A DNA stretch of 64,000 nucleotides from the NCBI GenBank assembly GCA_013239625.1, contig MU054117.1, positions 1,180,001-1,244,000 of the forward strand, written 5' to 3'. How positions within the stretch are numbered: the first letter of the stretch is position 1; every line of letters starts with the position of its first letter. Origin of the DNA: Lama guanicoe (Eukaryota). The translations under genes were made by a program, and so were the position numbers. This document shows positions 38,153-50,270 of this stretch, piece by piece. The notes under the pieces are model-generated. The model had not been told where the DNA came from. It worked only from the letters and a program-made list of their open reading frames with translations, and did no database searches.

Positions 38153-41100
38153 AACAGATAAGGAGAAACAGTAAGTGTTCTACGTGGCAGTGAAGTCCCT
38201 TCCTAGCACGCTGTCCTGGGCAGTATCTGAAGTTGTGTACTGTGACCTGAGCAGAGGGCACAGTTACTCAATGTTCTTCAGCTCAGAGTGGATTAGGTGG
38301 CACGTTGGCAGGACACGTGACTGTCACACACACAGGGTGTGTTCCTCTCGGCAGGTTCGGACCAGCCGCCCCTCTGGCTCATCTTCCTGACAAACAAGTG
38401 GGCTTAGGTTTCCAAGCACAGCCCGCTGTGCAGTGGTGACCCCGCCCGTCTCCCTGTCCCAGAGCTGTGACTGCCCAGCCAGCAGTCACCCGTACGGCAT
38501 GTCCCCATGCCATGAAGGGGCATTGTTCTCAGAAAGAGAATCACTAAGTCAGTTGTTCAGAACTGGAAGGCTTTTCCCCGATAAGCAAGGGTCTGCGTGG
38601 TCTTCAGTATTCAGATCGGCCCCACGGGACTTCTTGTGTCCCTGAAATCAAGGACAGGATCGTGTGGCAGCAACCCTGCCCAGGGAAGCCACACTTCTGA
38701 GAAAACGCCTTCCAGCCTGTGCCCTGAGGTCCTGGCCCTTCATCATGGACCCTCTGCTCGGCTCCCGGCCCTTGTGGCCTGGGCTGCAGGCCAGTGAGGA
38801 GAGGACCTGGGGCGGGGGTGGGGGGGAGCGGCCGGACCCAGCGGAGGGCAGAGTGAATCCCGGGACTCCTTTCAGAACCCGGTCCCTGTCCTCCACGTCT
38901 GCTGGGGGCCAGGCAGAGGCCTGCTTCCCTTCTGCTGCTGGTCTAGGTTTCTTGGCCCTTTGGAAGTTTCCTGAGGTCTTTGTAGCCTAGAAACAATGGA
39001 AAGCAGACTTCAAAACGGCTTCTCTGGGAGGGGCAGAGTGGTCACCTTCTCAGGAAAGACTGCGGCGGCCCAGGGAAGAACGGCGGATTCCTGGGTCCAC
39101 AGGAGGCCGAACAAACCCGGTCTGAGCCCTTGCCTTTGTGGTCGGCTTTGACTAAGGGACGATTCCAAGTCATAACCAGATATTTGCTAAAAGAGCCTGC
39201 TTCCTTTGACCTCGCCCGCACACAAGCTGAGGAAGCAATGTCTCAATCTGCAAAAAGACTTTATATTTTACCGAAGGCTCTCACGCCCGTTGTTTTATCT
39301 GAGGGAGAGACACTGTTCTCCGCGTGTTATTGCTAAGGAGCCTGCCCGAGATAACTCGGCCGGAAACCCGGGCCGTCTGCGCCAAGTCCGCGCCTCGTGG
39401 ACGTGCGTGAGCGGTCGGTGAATGCCCCAGCGGGGCGCGGACGCCCGGTCCTGGGGCTGAGACGCGTCTCCGGAGGCTCCGCCTTCTCTCTGTCTCCAGA
39501 CTCTGCTGAGGTGTCCTGCACATCTAAGTGCCTCTTATGTGTTCACCTTCCCCCGGGAATGAGGCCTGCACCTCTCAGGTACCCGTCCTGCTGACAAAGA
39601 GCCTTTTTCTGCTTGGAAAGATTGCCTTTATTTCCATGTCGGTCCTTTTCGTTACCAAACAAAGTCTCTTTGGCAGAGAGAGAGTGGGTTTTTTTGTTTG
39701 TTTTTTACCGCTTTGTTGGGAAAATACAATCAGGGGCTCAGGAAACAAGGGACTGGCCCATGATGCCCACAGCCGACCTGACACAATAGCTCACGCAAGA
39801 GAGGGGTTGCGAACGTCGTCCAAAGCGCTTGCCCCCCTCTCGGGGCTCCCACACATGTCAGCAGAGCGGGGCAGGAATCCTGGTCTCTGGCCCTGAGGTT
39901 AAAGGGCGAGTCTCTGCCTCCATCAGAAAGTCACGCGGACTTGATAGCTTTATTTGGGTGAGCTCTCAATTTGTGCCCAAGCCCAAACGCAGCCCCGCTG
40001 AAGGCAGAAGCAGAGGTGAGCCCCTTAGAGAGAACTGAAGCCACGGCGGGCTCAAGCCAGCCGGTCCCAGGGCAGCGCCAGCGGAGGGCGAGCAGTGGCC
40101 GCCCCTGCCAGAGAAGACAGGACAAAGGCCAAGCTCAGGGCTCAGGTTTGTCTCCAAAATACATCCCTCCTCCTAGGAGCCTATAACGTGGTACCAGTGA
40201 CCACAGAGGTTAGAGACAGGTCCAGGGAGCCATGTACCCACGTCTTATATGGAGGAGGGTTTGGGACAGACTGTACTGATTTTAGTCTCTTGGGGAGACT
40301 CTAGTTTAGGACAGCCACCTTCCCCCCTCCCAGGTGCAATCTTGAGTGTGTAGACTCAGAGCTCCCTCTAACAGTCCTGCACATGCTTCCTCTAACCCAC
40401 TCTTCTGCAAGCAGCCGTCTCACTGCTGGAAGGCCTGGGGTCGTCAGACCGAACAACCTGCCAGCAATCCCCAGACTCACTGCTGAGCAGAGAGCACAGA
40501 TTCCCAGACCCCACCCCAGATTCACTCACTCAGCGTCTCCAGGACTGGGTCATGGAGTCTGAACTCTTAAATCTCCCCAGATTTTAACAGCCGGATGGAG
40601 GACAAGCCCTTAGGAAGGCCGTGAACTCTTTCCGTCCCGGCACCACCCAAAGAGGGAAAAATCACTCCTCGCACTGGGTCAGACTCGGCGCAGCCATCAT
40701 CCAGGCTCTGCTCAGCGCCCAGTTCAAGTGTCTCCCACGAGGCACAGACACCATCTTGCTTGGTCCCGGGCGCCCTTCTCTCTGAGCAGATAGAGAGGAT
40801 GGGGACCCAGAAGCGCTGGCGAGAGCTCTGAGTTTGCAGCCGGAAGCGGCCGACACCCCCCTGGGAAGAGCTGCCCCCTCTCACTTGGAATCGGAAGATC
40901 TCCCTCTGTCTCCTCCCTCCTCTCCCCAGGTGCCTCTGCCGCCCGGCTTTTTCAGAGCAAGTCTGAATTTTAAAGAGCACCACTGTTCCAAATCTCAGGC
41001 TCCTCAGACCTGGGGCAGGCAGTGGGGAGTATAAATTCGGGGAAGCGCCTGATGGAGAATGTCTGTTTCTCCACTGTGACGTCAGGCCTCCCGCCCCAGA

Positions 41101-41609
41101 GGGCCGCACGTCCGTCCCCACACTCCTGGTGCAGCCGGGCAGCAGGACAGACAGACCTTGCTGCTCCGAGACACAGGGTAGTCCCAGCAGCCGGGCCAGG
41201 AGGGCGTGAGAGCCGGCACTCCGGTCCTGTGAGCTCGGACAGCTCACAAGGAAGAGACGCGCTCTGGGGCAGAAGGCCAAGCCCAGGGTCTGACTCAGGG
41301 ACCCAGGGGATGTGCAACCCCTTCTTCCCAGCCTCATGCCCCCACCAGCTTCATTCCACTCTTTTCCTCTTGAGCTCAGATCCTGTAGGTCCAGGGAGGG
41401 GGGCACCCTTCTCTAATCCCTGACCTCTACAACCTTCACGGTCATCCCGCAGCTCAGGCCTCTCCTCCCAGGAGTCCATCCTCCTGCCTCCTGCCGGGGC
41501 CCTTCTCCAAGGGCCACAAGTCTCGTCTGGCCTGAGGGCTTACGTCCTTATGCTGTGTTAGTTACATTGCCAGAACAAATTAAAAATTTCAGACAATCAA
41601 AAACAAAAG

Positions 41610-42242
41610 CTATTATGGAAAACACTATGGAGATTCCTAAAAAAACTAAAAATAGACTTACCATATGATCCAGCAATTCCCCTCCTGGGCATATATCCAG
41701 AGGGAACTCTAATTCCAAAAGACATATGCACCCCAATGTTCACAGCAGCACTATTTACAACAGCCAAGACATGGGAACAACCTAAGTGTCCATCCACAGA
41801 TGACTGGATAAAGAAGTTGTGGTATGTTTATGCAGTGGAATACTACTCAGCCATAAAAAGAATAAAAACCACCATTTTGCAGCCATATGGATGGACCTGG
41901 AGATCATCATTCTAAGTGAAGTAAGTCAGAGGTGGGAAGAAAAATACCGTATACTGTAACTCATAAGCGAAATCTAAAGAAAGAAAAAAGAAGACACTAA
42001 TGAACTCATCTACAAAACAGAAACAGACTCACAGACATAGTAAACAAACTTACGTTGATGGGGGCATGGGGTGGGAAAGGATAAATTTGGGAGTTTGAAA
42101 TTTGCAAATGTTAACCATTATATATAAAAATAGATTAAAAAAACAAATTTCTACTGTATAGCACAGGGAATTATATTCAATATCCCGTAATGACCTTTAA
42201 CAAAAAAGAATATGAAAATGAATATATGTGTATATATATATA

Positions 42243-42276
<34 letters not shown>

Positions 42277-42355
42277 CTGGAGCATTTTGCTGTACACCAG
42301 AAACTGACACACTGTAACTGACTATAGTAAAAAAACAAAACAAAACCAAAAAACC
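41610..42355 (+). mobile_element. Lineage-specific L1 3' end with (CA)n microsatellite at about 42245-42273
   Basis: ccatatgatccagcaattcccctcctgggcatatatcc; same 3' UTR family as the other tails. Confidence 0.9.
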
Positions 42356-43154
42356 CCAAATGTCTTGTGCAAAATGAACAAAACATGAGGCAGCTCTGTA
42401 GTTGACATGGAACGCGAGTTACCTGGTTCATCCTGCGGTCCTCAGCACGCCGCCCCGAGCTCAGCTCTCTGCCATCCTCTTTGCTTCAACATGCACGTCC
42501 ACACCTGCTTTCATCCTGTGCAGATTCTCTGTGTCCTTAGCCCTGCTCACCTCGTCCTCTTACTTTAGGTTCAGGATGGCCAAGTTCCCTTGACCATGTG
42601 CCCCATCAGAAGAAATTTCCCCACTCATCCCTCTCCTGCAAAATTCATGGTGGGAAGATGGGAAGATTATTGTACACCTGAGACTTAGAAGGAGATGGGC
42701 ACCTCTCATTTCAGGTGACTAAATCCTGGGATTACCCAGAATCCACTGAGGAACCGGAAAATGCTCTGGAGTCAGGCAGCAGCAGTTAGCAGCTGTGTGA
42801 GTCAGATGAGGTTACTCAACTTCTCTGAGCCTTAGTTTTCCCATCGGTAATATGTGGATCATAAAGCCAGCCTTGCAGAGGTACTGGGAGAATTACATAT
42901 GATACATGCAAAGCAGCTGGTATGCAGTGAGCACTCTATAAATGGTAGCTGTAATTATTACCTGTCTTTACAATGACGACATTTAAGCATGCAAGGTGTC
43001 TGTATCTGCTGTCTGAAAATGACTTGGGTGCAGGGAATAAACTGCGGTTAACACATGACACCCTCCAGGCCGAGCTCCTCTCTCATCTGGATGTCGCTAT
43101 GGCCCATCTGAGCCAGGCTAGGCACTGCCATCTTCCTTTCTCACTCAGTCTTCA

Positions 43155-43825
43155 AAAACAGAGCTACCCTATGATCCACAATCCCACTCCTGGGCATGTA
43201 TCCAGAGGGAACTCTAATTCCAAAAGACACCTGCACCCTAGTGTTCACAGCAGCACTGTTTACAATAGCCAAGATGTGGAAACAACCTAAGTGTCCATAG
43301 GCAGATGACTGGATAAAGAAGCTGTGGTATATTTATATAATGGAATACCACTTAGCCACGAAAAAGAATAAAATAATGCCATTTGCAGCAACATGGATGG
43401 ACCTGGAGATTGTCATTCTAAGTGAAGTAAGCCAGAAAGAGAAAAAAAAAGACCACATGATATCACTTATATGTGGAATCTCAAAAAAGACACAAATGTA
43501 CTTACAAAACAGAAACAGACTCACAGACATACACAGAAGACAAATTTGTGGTTACGGGGTGGGGGGAAGGGGTGGGAAGGGATAAATTGGGAGTTCAGGA
43601 TTTGCAGATGCTAACTACTGTATATAAAATAGATAAACAACAAGTTTTTACCGTACAGCACAGGGAACCATATTCAGTATTTTGTAGTGATCTGTAATGA
43701 AAAAGAATATGAAAAGGAACACATGTACACACATGTCTGTCTGAATCACTGTGCTTGCTACACTTTAGAAACGGACAGAACTCTGTAAACTGACTATACT
43801 TCAATTAAAAAAATAAAAAAAGTAA
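43155..43825 (+). mobile_element. Lineage-specific L1 3' end
   Basis: ORF2 C-terminus [28 protein letters not shown]; 3' UTR; A-tail. Confidence 0.9.
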
Positions 43826-43929
43826 AGTCACACTGACCTAATCCTTCCAAAAAGGGAAGGTCTAAACCTCAGCCCTGCTGCTGTGCGGAGTCTTTTTCCG
43901 CCCTCGACCCACAAGGACCAACTTTGGAA

Positions 43930-44900
43930 CCACGGTGGGAGCCGCAGACCCCTGGCCGGAGCTGACAGAGCAGCGACACCGCGTGGCCGGACGCGAGAGC
44001 AGCCCGCCTGAGCGGTGCGGCCGGAGCCCCGCCCGGCCCAGGGGCGGAGACGCAGAAGGCGAAGGAGGGAGGAAGCGCGGCTCCTCACACGTGCGGGCGG
44101 GCCACTTCCTTCCGGCCACAGCCCGAGGTTTGCAGGCAGGATGGCGGGTGCTCTCGGATCCAGAGGGACGGAGGCAGGCGGGCCACAGGGCGTTTGTAGT
44201 TTGGTGCTTGCCGCGCTGCCGCGCCCGGAGCCGGAGAGGACTCACGGAGACGTCTTGCGGCCCTCGGCCCTCGGGTGTTTCTTCTCGGCGGCGAGGACGG
44301 GACCTCGCAGAGCCGGGGAAAGGGTGGAGGGAGCAGGCGCTGCTGCCGTCGCGACTGGCAACGGGGAGGCGCTCGAAGTCGTTAGCGGGAGTGCCCGGCC
44401 CTTCACATCCCGCTCCGTGGGGAAAGCTACGGTCCCGCGGGACGGCGCGTCCGTGGGCGTGTCCCCGAGTCCAGCCTGGTGGCTGACCTCGGAGCTGCTT
44501 CCCTCCGCAGCCCCGTTACACAGAGGGCGGGCTCGTCTCATCCGCAGAGGTGGCGGGGGCGGAGCCTGTTCCTCACACTCGCGCGAGCTCAGGTTTTCAC
44601 CTCTTTGAGAAAAGCCTCAGGATTTGTCCCCCAGTTCTGCGCTGTCGCGGAGAAGGGACTCCCTCGAGCATGTCCAGGTAAGCACTTAGGGCTCGCCCGC
44701 AAGGAACTGGGACACGCGTCCTCCCACCCAGCGGTCAGCAGGGAAGCCCCGCCCCGCCTCCACGAATCCCTAACTTCCACCGAGGTCCTGGGGCGGTGGG
44801 AGAGCCAGGGCCACTTCCCGCGGCTGCAAGCTCGGTGCTGCCGTGACCCCCGCCACGAGGAGCTGGGTGCAGGGGTGCAGGGCAGAGTCAGAGGGCCCGG
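43930..44900. promoter_or_regulatory. Orphan CpG island (promoter/enhancer-like)
   Basis: Dense CpG; GC boxes at 44041-44048 and 44556-44563; E-box CACGTG 44088-44093; tandem ETS cacttccttccgg 44103-44115; + strand donor CAG|GTAAGC at 44677/44678. Confidence 0.75.
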
Positions 44901-45180
44901 TGGGTCCTGGGACCCAGAGTTGACGGGACCCTCCTGAACCCCGATGTCACCCCTCTCCTTTAAGCTGGCTCTAGTCGATTTCTGTCACTTGCAACTTTGA
45001 GAGAACAAACTATACAGCGTGCCGGACAATCTCCTTTCCACTTGGTTTCCTCACCTGCTCAGTGAGAAGTATCATTCCTCCTGCAGGTATCTACCGAATG
45101 CTTTCTCTGCTAGGCACCGGTTCAGGTTCTGGGAGACGTCGCTGGGGAACCAAAGGGCTTTTTAAAAAGTCCTTCCTTTG

Positions 45181-45295
45181 AGGCGGGGTACAGCTCAGTG
45201 GTAGAGTACGTGCCTAGCATGCTTGAGGTCCTGGGTTCAATCCCCAGTCCCTGCATTAAATGAATGAATAAATAAATAGATGGATAAATAAATAA
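45181..45295 (+). mobile_element. tRNA-Ala-derived SINE
   Basis: Family body; TSD aaag(t)ccttccttt on both sides. Confidence 0.88.
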
Positions 45296-48200
45296 AGCCT
45301 TCCTTTAGGAAACATTTCTTTCCCCAGAACGTCTCTGGAAATCCCATAAACCTATAGGAGAAGACAGACCAGCTGAAGGGCTGGTTGACCCAACAGAGCA
45401 CAGCCCCCAGGCTTAGAAAGCGTACCGGAGCGCCCGGTCCCGCGAAACAATCTATCTCCCTTTTGGCTTTAAAATAAAATTAGGCTAAAGGGTTCAGCTT
45501 TCTGGGGTGTCTTTTCCGTCCTGGAGCAGCCGCTCTGACGGTCTGCCCCCACCCCCGGCCCCACTCCCGGCAAGCTCTCTCCACGCTGCCTTCCCTATCT
45601 GCTCTGGCTGGGGCAGCTTGCAGACCATTTCCAGTTACCGTGGGGAGCAGCAGAGAATACACATAAGTGACAAATTTTAAATTCGCAGCCAGTTAAAAAC
45701 CTAATTCTAGCCGTCCCTTCTCCCAGGCCCTCGTTTATCAGAAGCCCCAGGTTCTAACTTCTGTTGCCGCCTGGGGCAGAGTTGCAAATGGACAGAGTGA
45801 CGGCGGAAAGGCAGGCAGTGGGGGAGAAGCAAAGAGTGGGGACAGTCTCCCGAGGAGCACCTGGCGGCTCACGACCCAAGTGTGTGGGGTGTCCTGTCTT
45901 CCACGATGCCTGCCATCCGACCCCCACACCTGGGCCCCAACCTTCTCACCTTTGGGCAAGTTACCCGCAGTTCATGTGGAAAACCAGGTGGTAAAGCGCC
46001 TTTACTTACTGTTTGGCGTCGTTGCAGGGCGGATTCTGACCGAACAAAGGCCTCACAAGACTCAGCGACCGTGGCCTTCTCAGCCCCCGACATTCCCTCC
46101 AGACACGAAGCTTGTCATTCCAACCGGAGCGCAGGGGCTTCCGGTAGACGGGCCCTGTGCTGCAGCGTCTCAGCCGGACGTGATGACAGTTGCTTTTTCT
46201 TTCACATACCCCACGCCTCCAGCGCCTCTCCATCTCCTCCCCCAAATTAATGAAAACGTTCTTCCCTGTGTGCGTGGTGGCTGCGGGTGGGCGTGAGCGC
46301 ACACACACGCGCGCGGCACACGCACTGAGGTCCCCGAATACACACGACCGGGGCCCGTGGGGCCTGGCAATGAGTCCGAGCTTGTTTCCGGACGGAAATG
46401 ACCCCTTTCCCCACCTTCTTGGGATCCTGCAGCTCTCTGCCCACAAAACAGGCCTCTTCCCTGATAAGTCACTGCAGCTGTGACATCTCCGTCTGGTTGG
46501 AGCAACTTCGGCCACAGAGCCCTCGCTGGTGCCTGGAACTCCAGGGGACAGCAAAGCTTCAAGAAAGTAACAATGAGTTAAGGGAGGAAGCAGAGGAGAA
46601 TTTCAGGAGCAATCTAACTCAAGTAGCAAGTTTTGTTTCTCACCTCAAAAGACAGCGCGGCTGCCGACTGAGCGAGTCCTCCGATTAGACTTGGAATCCA
46701 GGTTTTGAGACGCTCGTCAGAAAGCCGTTAGGAACAGGGCCTGTCCTCGGCTCAACCCCGGCAGGGGCTGTCTTCCCGCCCTCCCATCTGCTTTACAGGG
46801 AGGCGGTCAGGCATGCCCTTCTCCGCACTGTATCTTGAAGACAAGGTGAATGCGTGCAGGTGGACGGAGCTCAAAAAATACTGCCTGATCTTAATCATAA
46901 TGAATCTGTCGGCTTCCCTCCGCAGCCCTGGGGGGGACATTCCAGGGCAAGTCAGCTCTGCTCTGCGCCAGCATCCTCCCCCATCAAAAAGCCTCCCTGG
47001 GGCCTAGAACCACTCGGTCCGGGCGGGACATCAGTTCAATGAGATTGCACGTTCATACGTTTCATGTGCCAGGGATTCTGGGCTGGGTCGGGAATTAGGA
47101 CCCGGCTGCCCGCCTCCCTGTGGGTCCTGGGTTAGCTCTCAACGACTGGGGGCCCCGTGGGGTCTCTGGACCACCAGCACAGAACCCCTTGGTGTTCTTG
47201 CTGAGGGTGCAGTGGTCCCGGCTCCACGGCAGACCTACACTCTCTGGAGCTGGCGGTCTAGGACTCAGAATTTCTGCATCATGCGAAGGTCTGGGGCCTG
47301 CTCAAGGTCTGGAGGGCCTTATCTGGGGCCTGGGGGCTGGAGGTCTGACTGCCACACTTGCTTCCTGCCCAAGCATGCCGTGGTCCTGAGCAGAAGCTCA
47401 CTGGGGGCCGGTCTCCACGTTGCCGGCCATGTTCGCCCAGCATCGCCGGTCACCTCACAGACAGCTGCCCACTCACCAGGCTTCAACGAGCCCGTGACAA
47501 CAACTCTAACTTCACCCCAACCTCTTCCAAGTCAGATAATTCTGAGACCTGTCAGTGCCCGCGACAACCACACAGGTGTCTGAATGTACAACCTGCTCCC
47601 CACGTTAGAAAGAAAACCTTGATTATCTGCCCCATGCCCTTGCCGCAGCTCTGCAGGGGCACCTCGACGTGACGGGGGATCCATCTCCCGCCATGAGCAG
47701 GGGCATCACTGATTTTGTGGACAAGTCACTCTTGGCTGATTTCCTGAAGTGTCTGAGAATGAACTGGATCTCAGCTCTTAAAACACTTTGAGCAGCAGAT
47801 AGAGGGTACCTCCCGGTCTCTAGACCACGGAGGTAGGAGGGGCAACAGTGATGCCACCCAGGTCTCAAAACCCTTCGAGGCTCCTCTGTAGATACTAAAG
47901 ACTCAGCAGGACTTCCTTTACAATGTTCTGCAATATCGTTTGCTCGTTATAATCAGGTTAATTCTGTAATCTCATCTCTTCCCCAGACACAAACTTTTCC
48001 AAGATAAAACTGTTGTCTTTAGTGGCTACGGGTCACCCCCAGGCAGCGTGGCTCCACGTCTCTCCCAGAAACTCCTTCCTCCCTTCCTAGGATGCTTCTC
48101 CCTTCCTGGACCCCTGCTGTCCCAGATGCTCCAAAACTGGACATGGAAGACACAGAGGCCCGCAGAGGGCATCCCCGTGGACTGTGCGTAACCAAGAGCC

Positions 48201-48529
48201 GGGGAAGCAACTTGGAAGGAGGAAAAATGGGGCAGACGGGGGAGAGGAGGGAAACCCGGGGTTTAAGCTTCAAGCTCTGAGTTCTTTTGCTCATTAACAG
48301 CTACCCTTGACCTCTGCGCTGCTCTCAGGGACGGGGCTTCTGCGCGTCACCTCGTTGATGCTCACGATGCCCCCCTCCGCCGCCGCCACCGCCGGCACCA
48401 AACTAGAGCTCTAAAGAGCCTTGCTCCCCCACCCTCCTCCATTCGCGCGCCGTGTAGCAGGGCTCCAAGGATCAGATCGAAAATAGAAGGAGACCCAGGA
48501 AAGAGCTGTGTGTCCAAATAAGGACAGAG

Positions 48530-49372
48530 AGCAACTTCAGCGGAAGGCGTTTAATGTCAGAGGGAAACTACACCTGGGGCTGAGACTCAGCAGCCCCAGC
48601 CTGACCCAGCCTCCCTCGACGGCGGGGCGGGACGGCACGGGGCCGGGGAGGCGGCAGCAGCTTCCCGGGTCGCTGCTCCCCGCGCTGGAGCTCAGTGCGA
48701 CCTGCCCTCCGCCTGCACCTCCTGCTTTCTGCAGCTGGGGCCCAGACATTCAGTCTCCGTCTTTCCGGACGCGGCAGGTCAAACGACCCCTCCCTCTCGG
48801 TGTCAGGGAGCCAGAGGACGGCGAGGAAGAGCAGTTCCCGCCACAGCAACCGGCCCCAGGGCTGGCGGGGCGCTGGTCCCCCTGGGGTTCCCAGGTCAGA
48901 GATGACACGGGGCCTGCAAGCACGCACACGAAGGAACACGCCAGGCAGCACTGGGCCTCTTCCAGGACCAGTCGGCCTGCTGGACCAGACCCTGAAAACG
49001 TCCGGGCGAAGCTGCGCTCCGGCCGCCTTCCCCAGGACAGTCATCCACCTGACAGACTCCGGACACAATCATCTTCTCCATCCGGCTGCCACCTCTCTCC
49101 CCAAGGCCGGGGTGGGGGGACCGGCATGGTGGGCGTCCTCGCCAGAGGTGGGGAAGGACCCCTCCCCCCACGGGGAGGGGATCAGCAAGCCCGACCCTCA
49201 GGGACCCCCAGCACCTCTTAAATAAGCTTTTCCTTTCCATTCTCTTCTTTTAATGATTTACCATCCATCCCTTTATTTATACAAATATAAAATAGATTTA
49301 TATAGACTTCTATAATATAAACTTCTGTGAGGCGGAGCGGAGGCGAGGCCAGGGACGAACGGGCCCCCGGAG
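48530..49372 (-). other. WNT5B: WNT5B 3' UTR (probable extent)
   Basis: Follows the stop codon; AU-rich block 49220-49325; minus-strand AATAAA at 49272-49277; minus-strand ATTAAA at 48550-48555 followed by a pyrimidine/U-rich stretch. The 3' end is inferred. Confidence 0.6.
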
Positions 49373-49831
49373 CTACTTGCAGACGAACTGGTCCACGGTC
49401 TGCGCGCACTTCCTGCACCTGACGAAGCAGCACCAGTGGAACCTGCAGTGGCAGCGCTCCACCCGCACGCTCTTGAACTGGTCGTAGCCGCGGCCGCAGC
49501 ACATGAGCGCACAGCCGTCCATGCCCTCTGACGTCTTGTTGCACAGCCGGCCCTGCGTGCCCAGCGAGCCGGTGGTGTCGTTGCGCAGGCAGTAGTCGGG
49601 GCTGGGGTCCACGTAGACCAGGTCCTCGGGTGTGGGCGGGTTGAAGCGGCTGTTGACCAGCTCCAGCTTGCCCCGCCGGGTGACGCGCACGGCCGCCGCG
49701 CTGTCGTATTTCTCCTTCAGCTGGTCCCCCACCTTGCGGAACTCGGCCAGCTGCAGCCAGCAGGTCTTGAGGCTGCAGGATCCCGAGACACCGTGGCACT
49801 TGCAGGCTACGTCTGCCATCTTATACACAGC
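49373..49831 (-). CDS. WNT5B: Wnt-5b last coding exon ([19 protein letters not shown]...VDQFVCK*)
   Basis: Acceptor ccccacag|GCT; TAG at 49373-49375; 459 nt; [10 protein letters not shown] lipidation-serine motif and C-terminal Cys pattern. The four exons sum to 1080 nt in frame. Confidence 0.98.
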   Translation of the reverse strand, partial: AVYKMADVACKCHGVSGSCSLKTCWLQLAEFRKVGDQLKEKYDSAAAVRVTRRGKLELVNSRFNPPTPEDLVYVDPSPDYCLRNDTTGSLGTQGRLCNKTSEGMDGCALMCCGRGYDQFKSVRVERCHCRFHWCCFVRCRKCAQTVDQFVCK

Positions 49832-50159
49832 CTGTGGGGAGGAGGGAGACGGCGTGAGAAGGGGCATCCCCGAGGGAAGACGCCGGAGGGCGTCTGGGGT
49901 CGCCCCCGCCACGTGCCGGCGAGGGCTGGTGGAGCGTGCGGGCGCAGGGGCAGCTTCCCGACTGTATCCAAAGGTCTTTCCAGAAGAGCAGCAGCACATG
50001 GGAACACGCTGGGAGGTGACATCTGTGTCTGATCAGCCACCAGGGAGGCACCTGCCCTTCCTATGTCACCCATTTCTTATTCCTGGAAATTTGTTAGATG
50101 TGTCATCTTTACCATCAGAGAAAAAGGATACTTCCATCTTGACCAAAGTCCCAAACAAG

Positions 50160-50270
50160 GGAAGAGGGTTCAGCTCAGCTGGAGAGCACGTGCTTTGTGT
50201 GCCCAGGGTCCTGGATTCAGTCCCCAGTGCCTCTGTTAAGGGGGAAAAACATCTCAGACAAACAAAAACC
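50160..50270 (+). mobile_element. tRNA-Ala-derived SINE (WNT5B intron)
   Basis: cagctcagctggagagcacgtgct...gtcctggattcagtccccagtgcctc. Confidence 0.8.

Noticed and set aside
44600..48400. Possible orthologue of a microRNA annotated between human WNT5B and ADIPOR2
   Set aside because: I could not identify a matching hairpin or mature sequence by eye.
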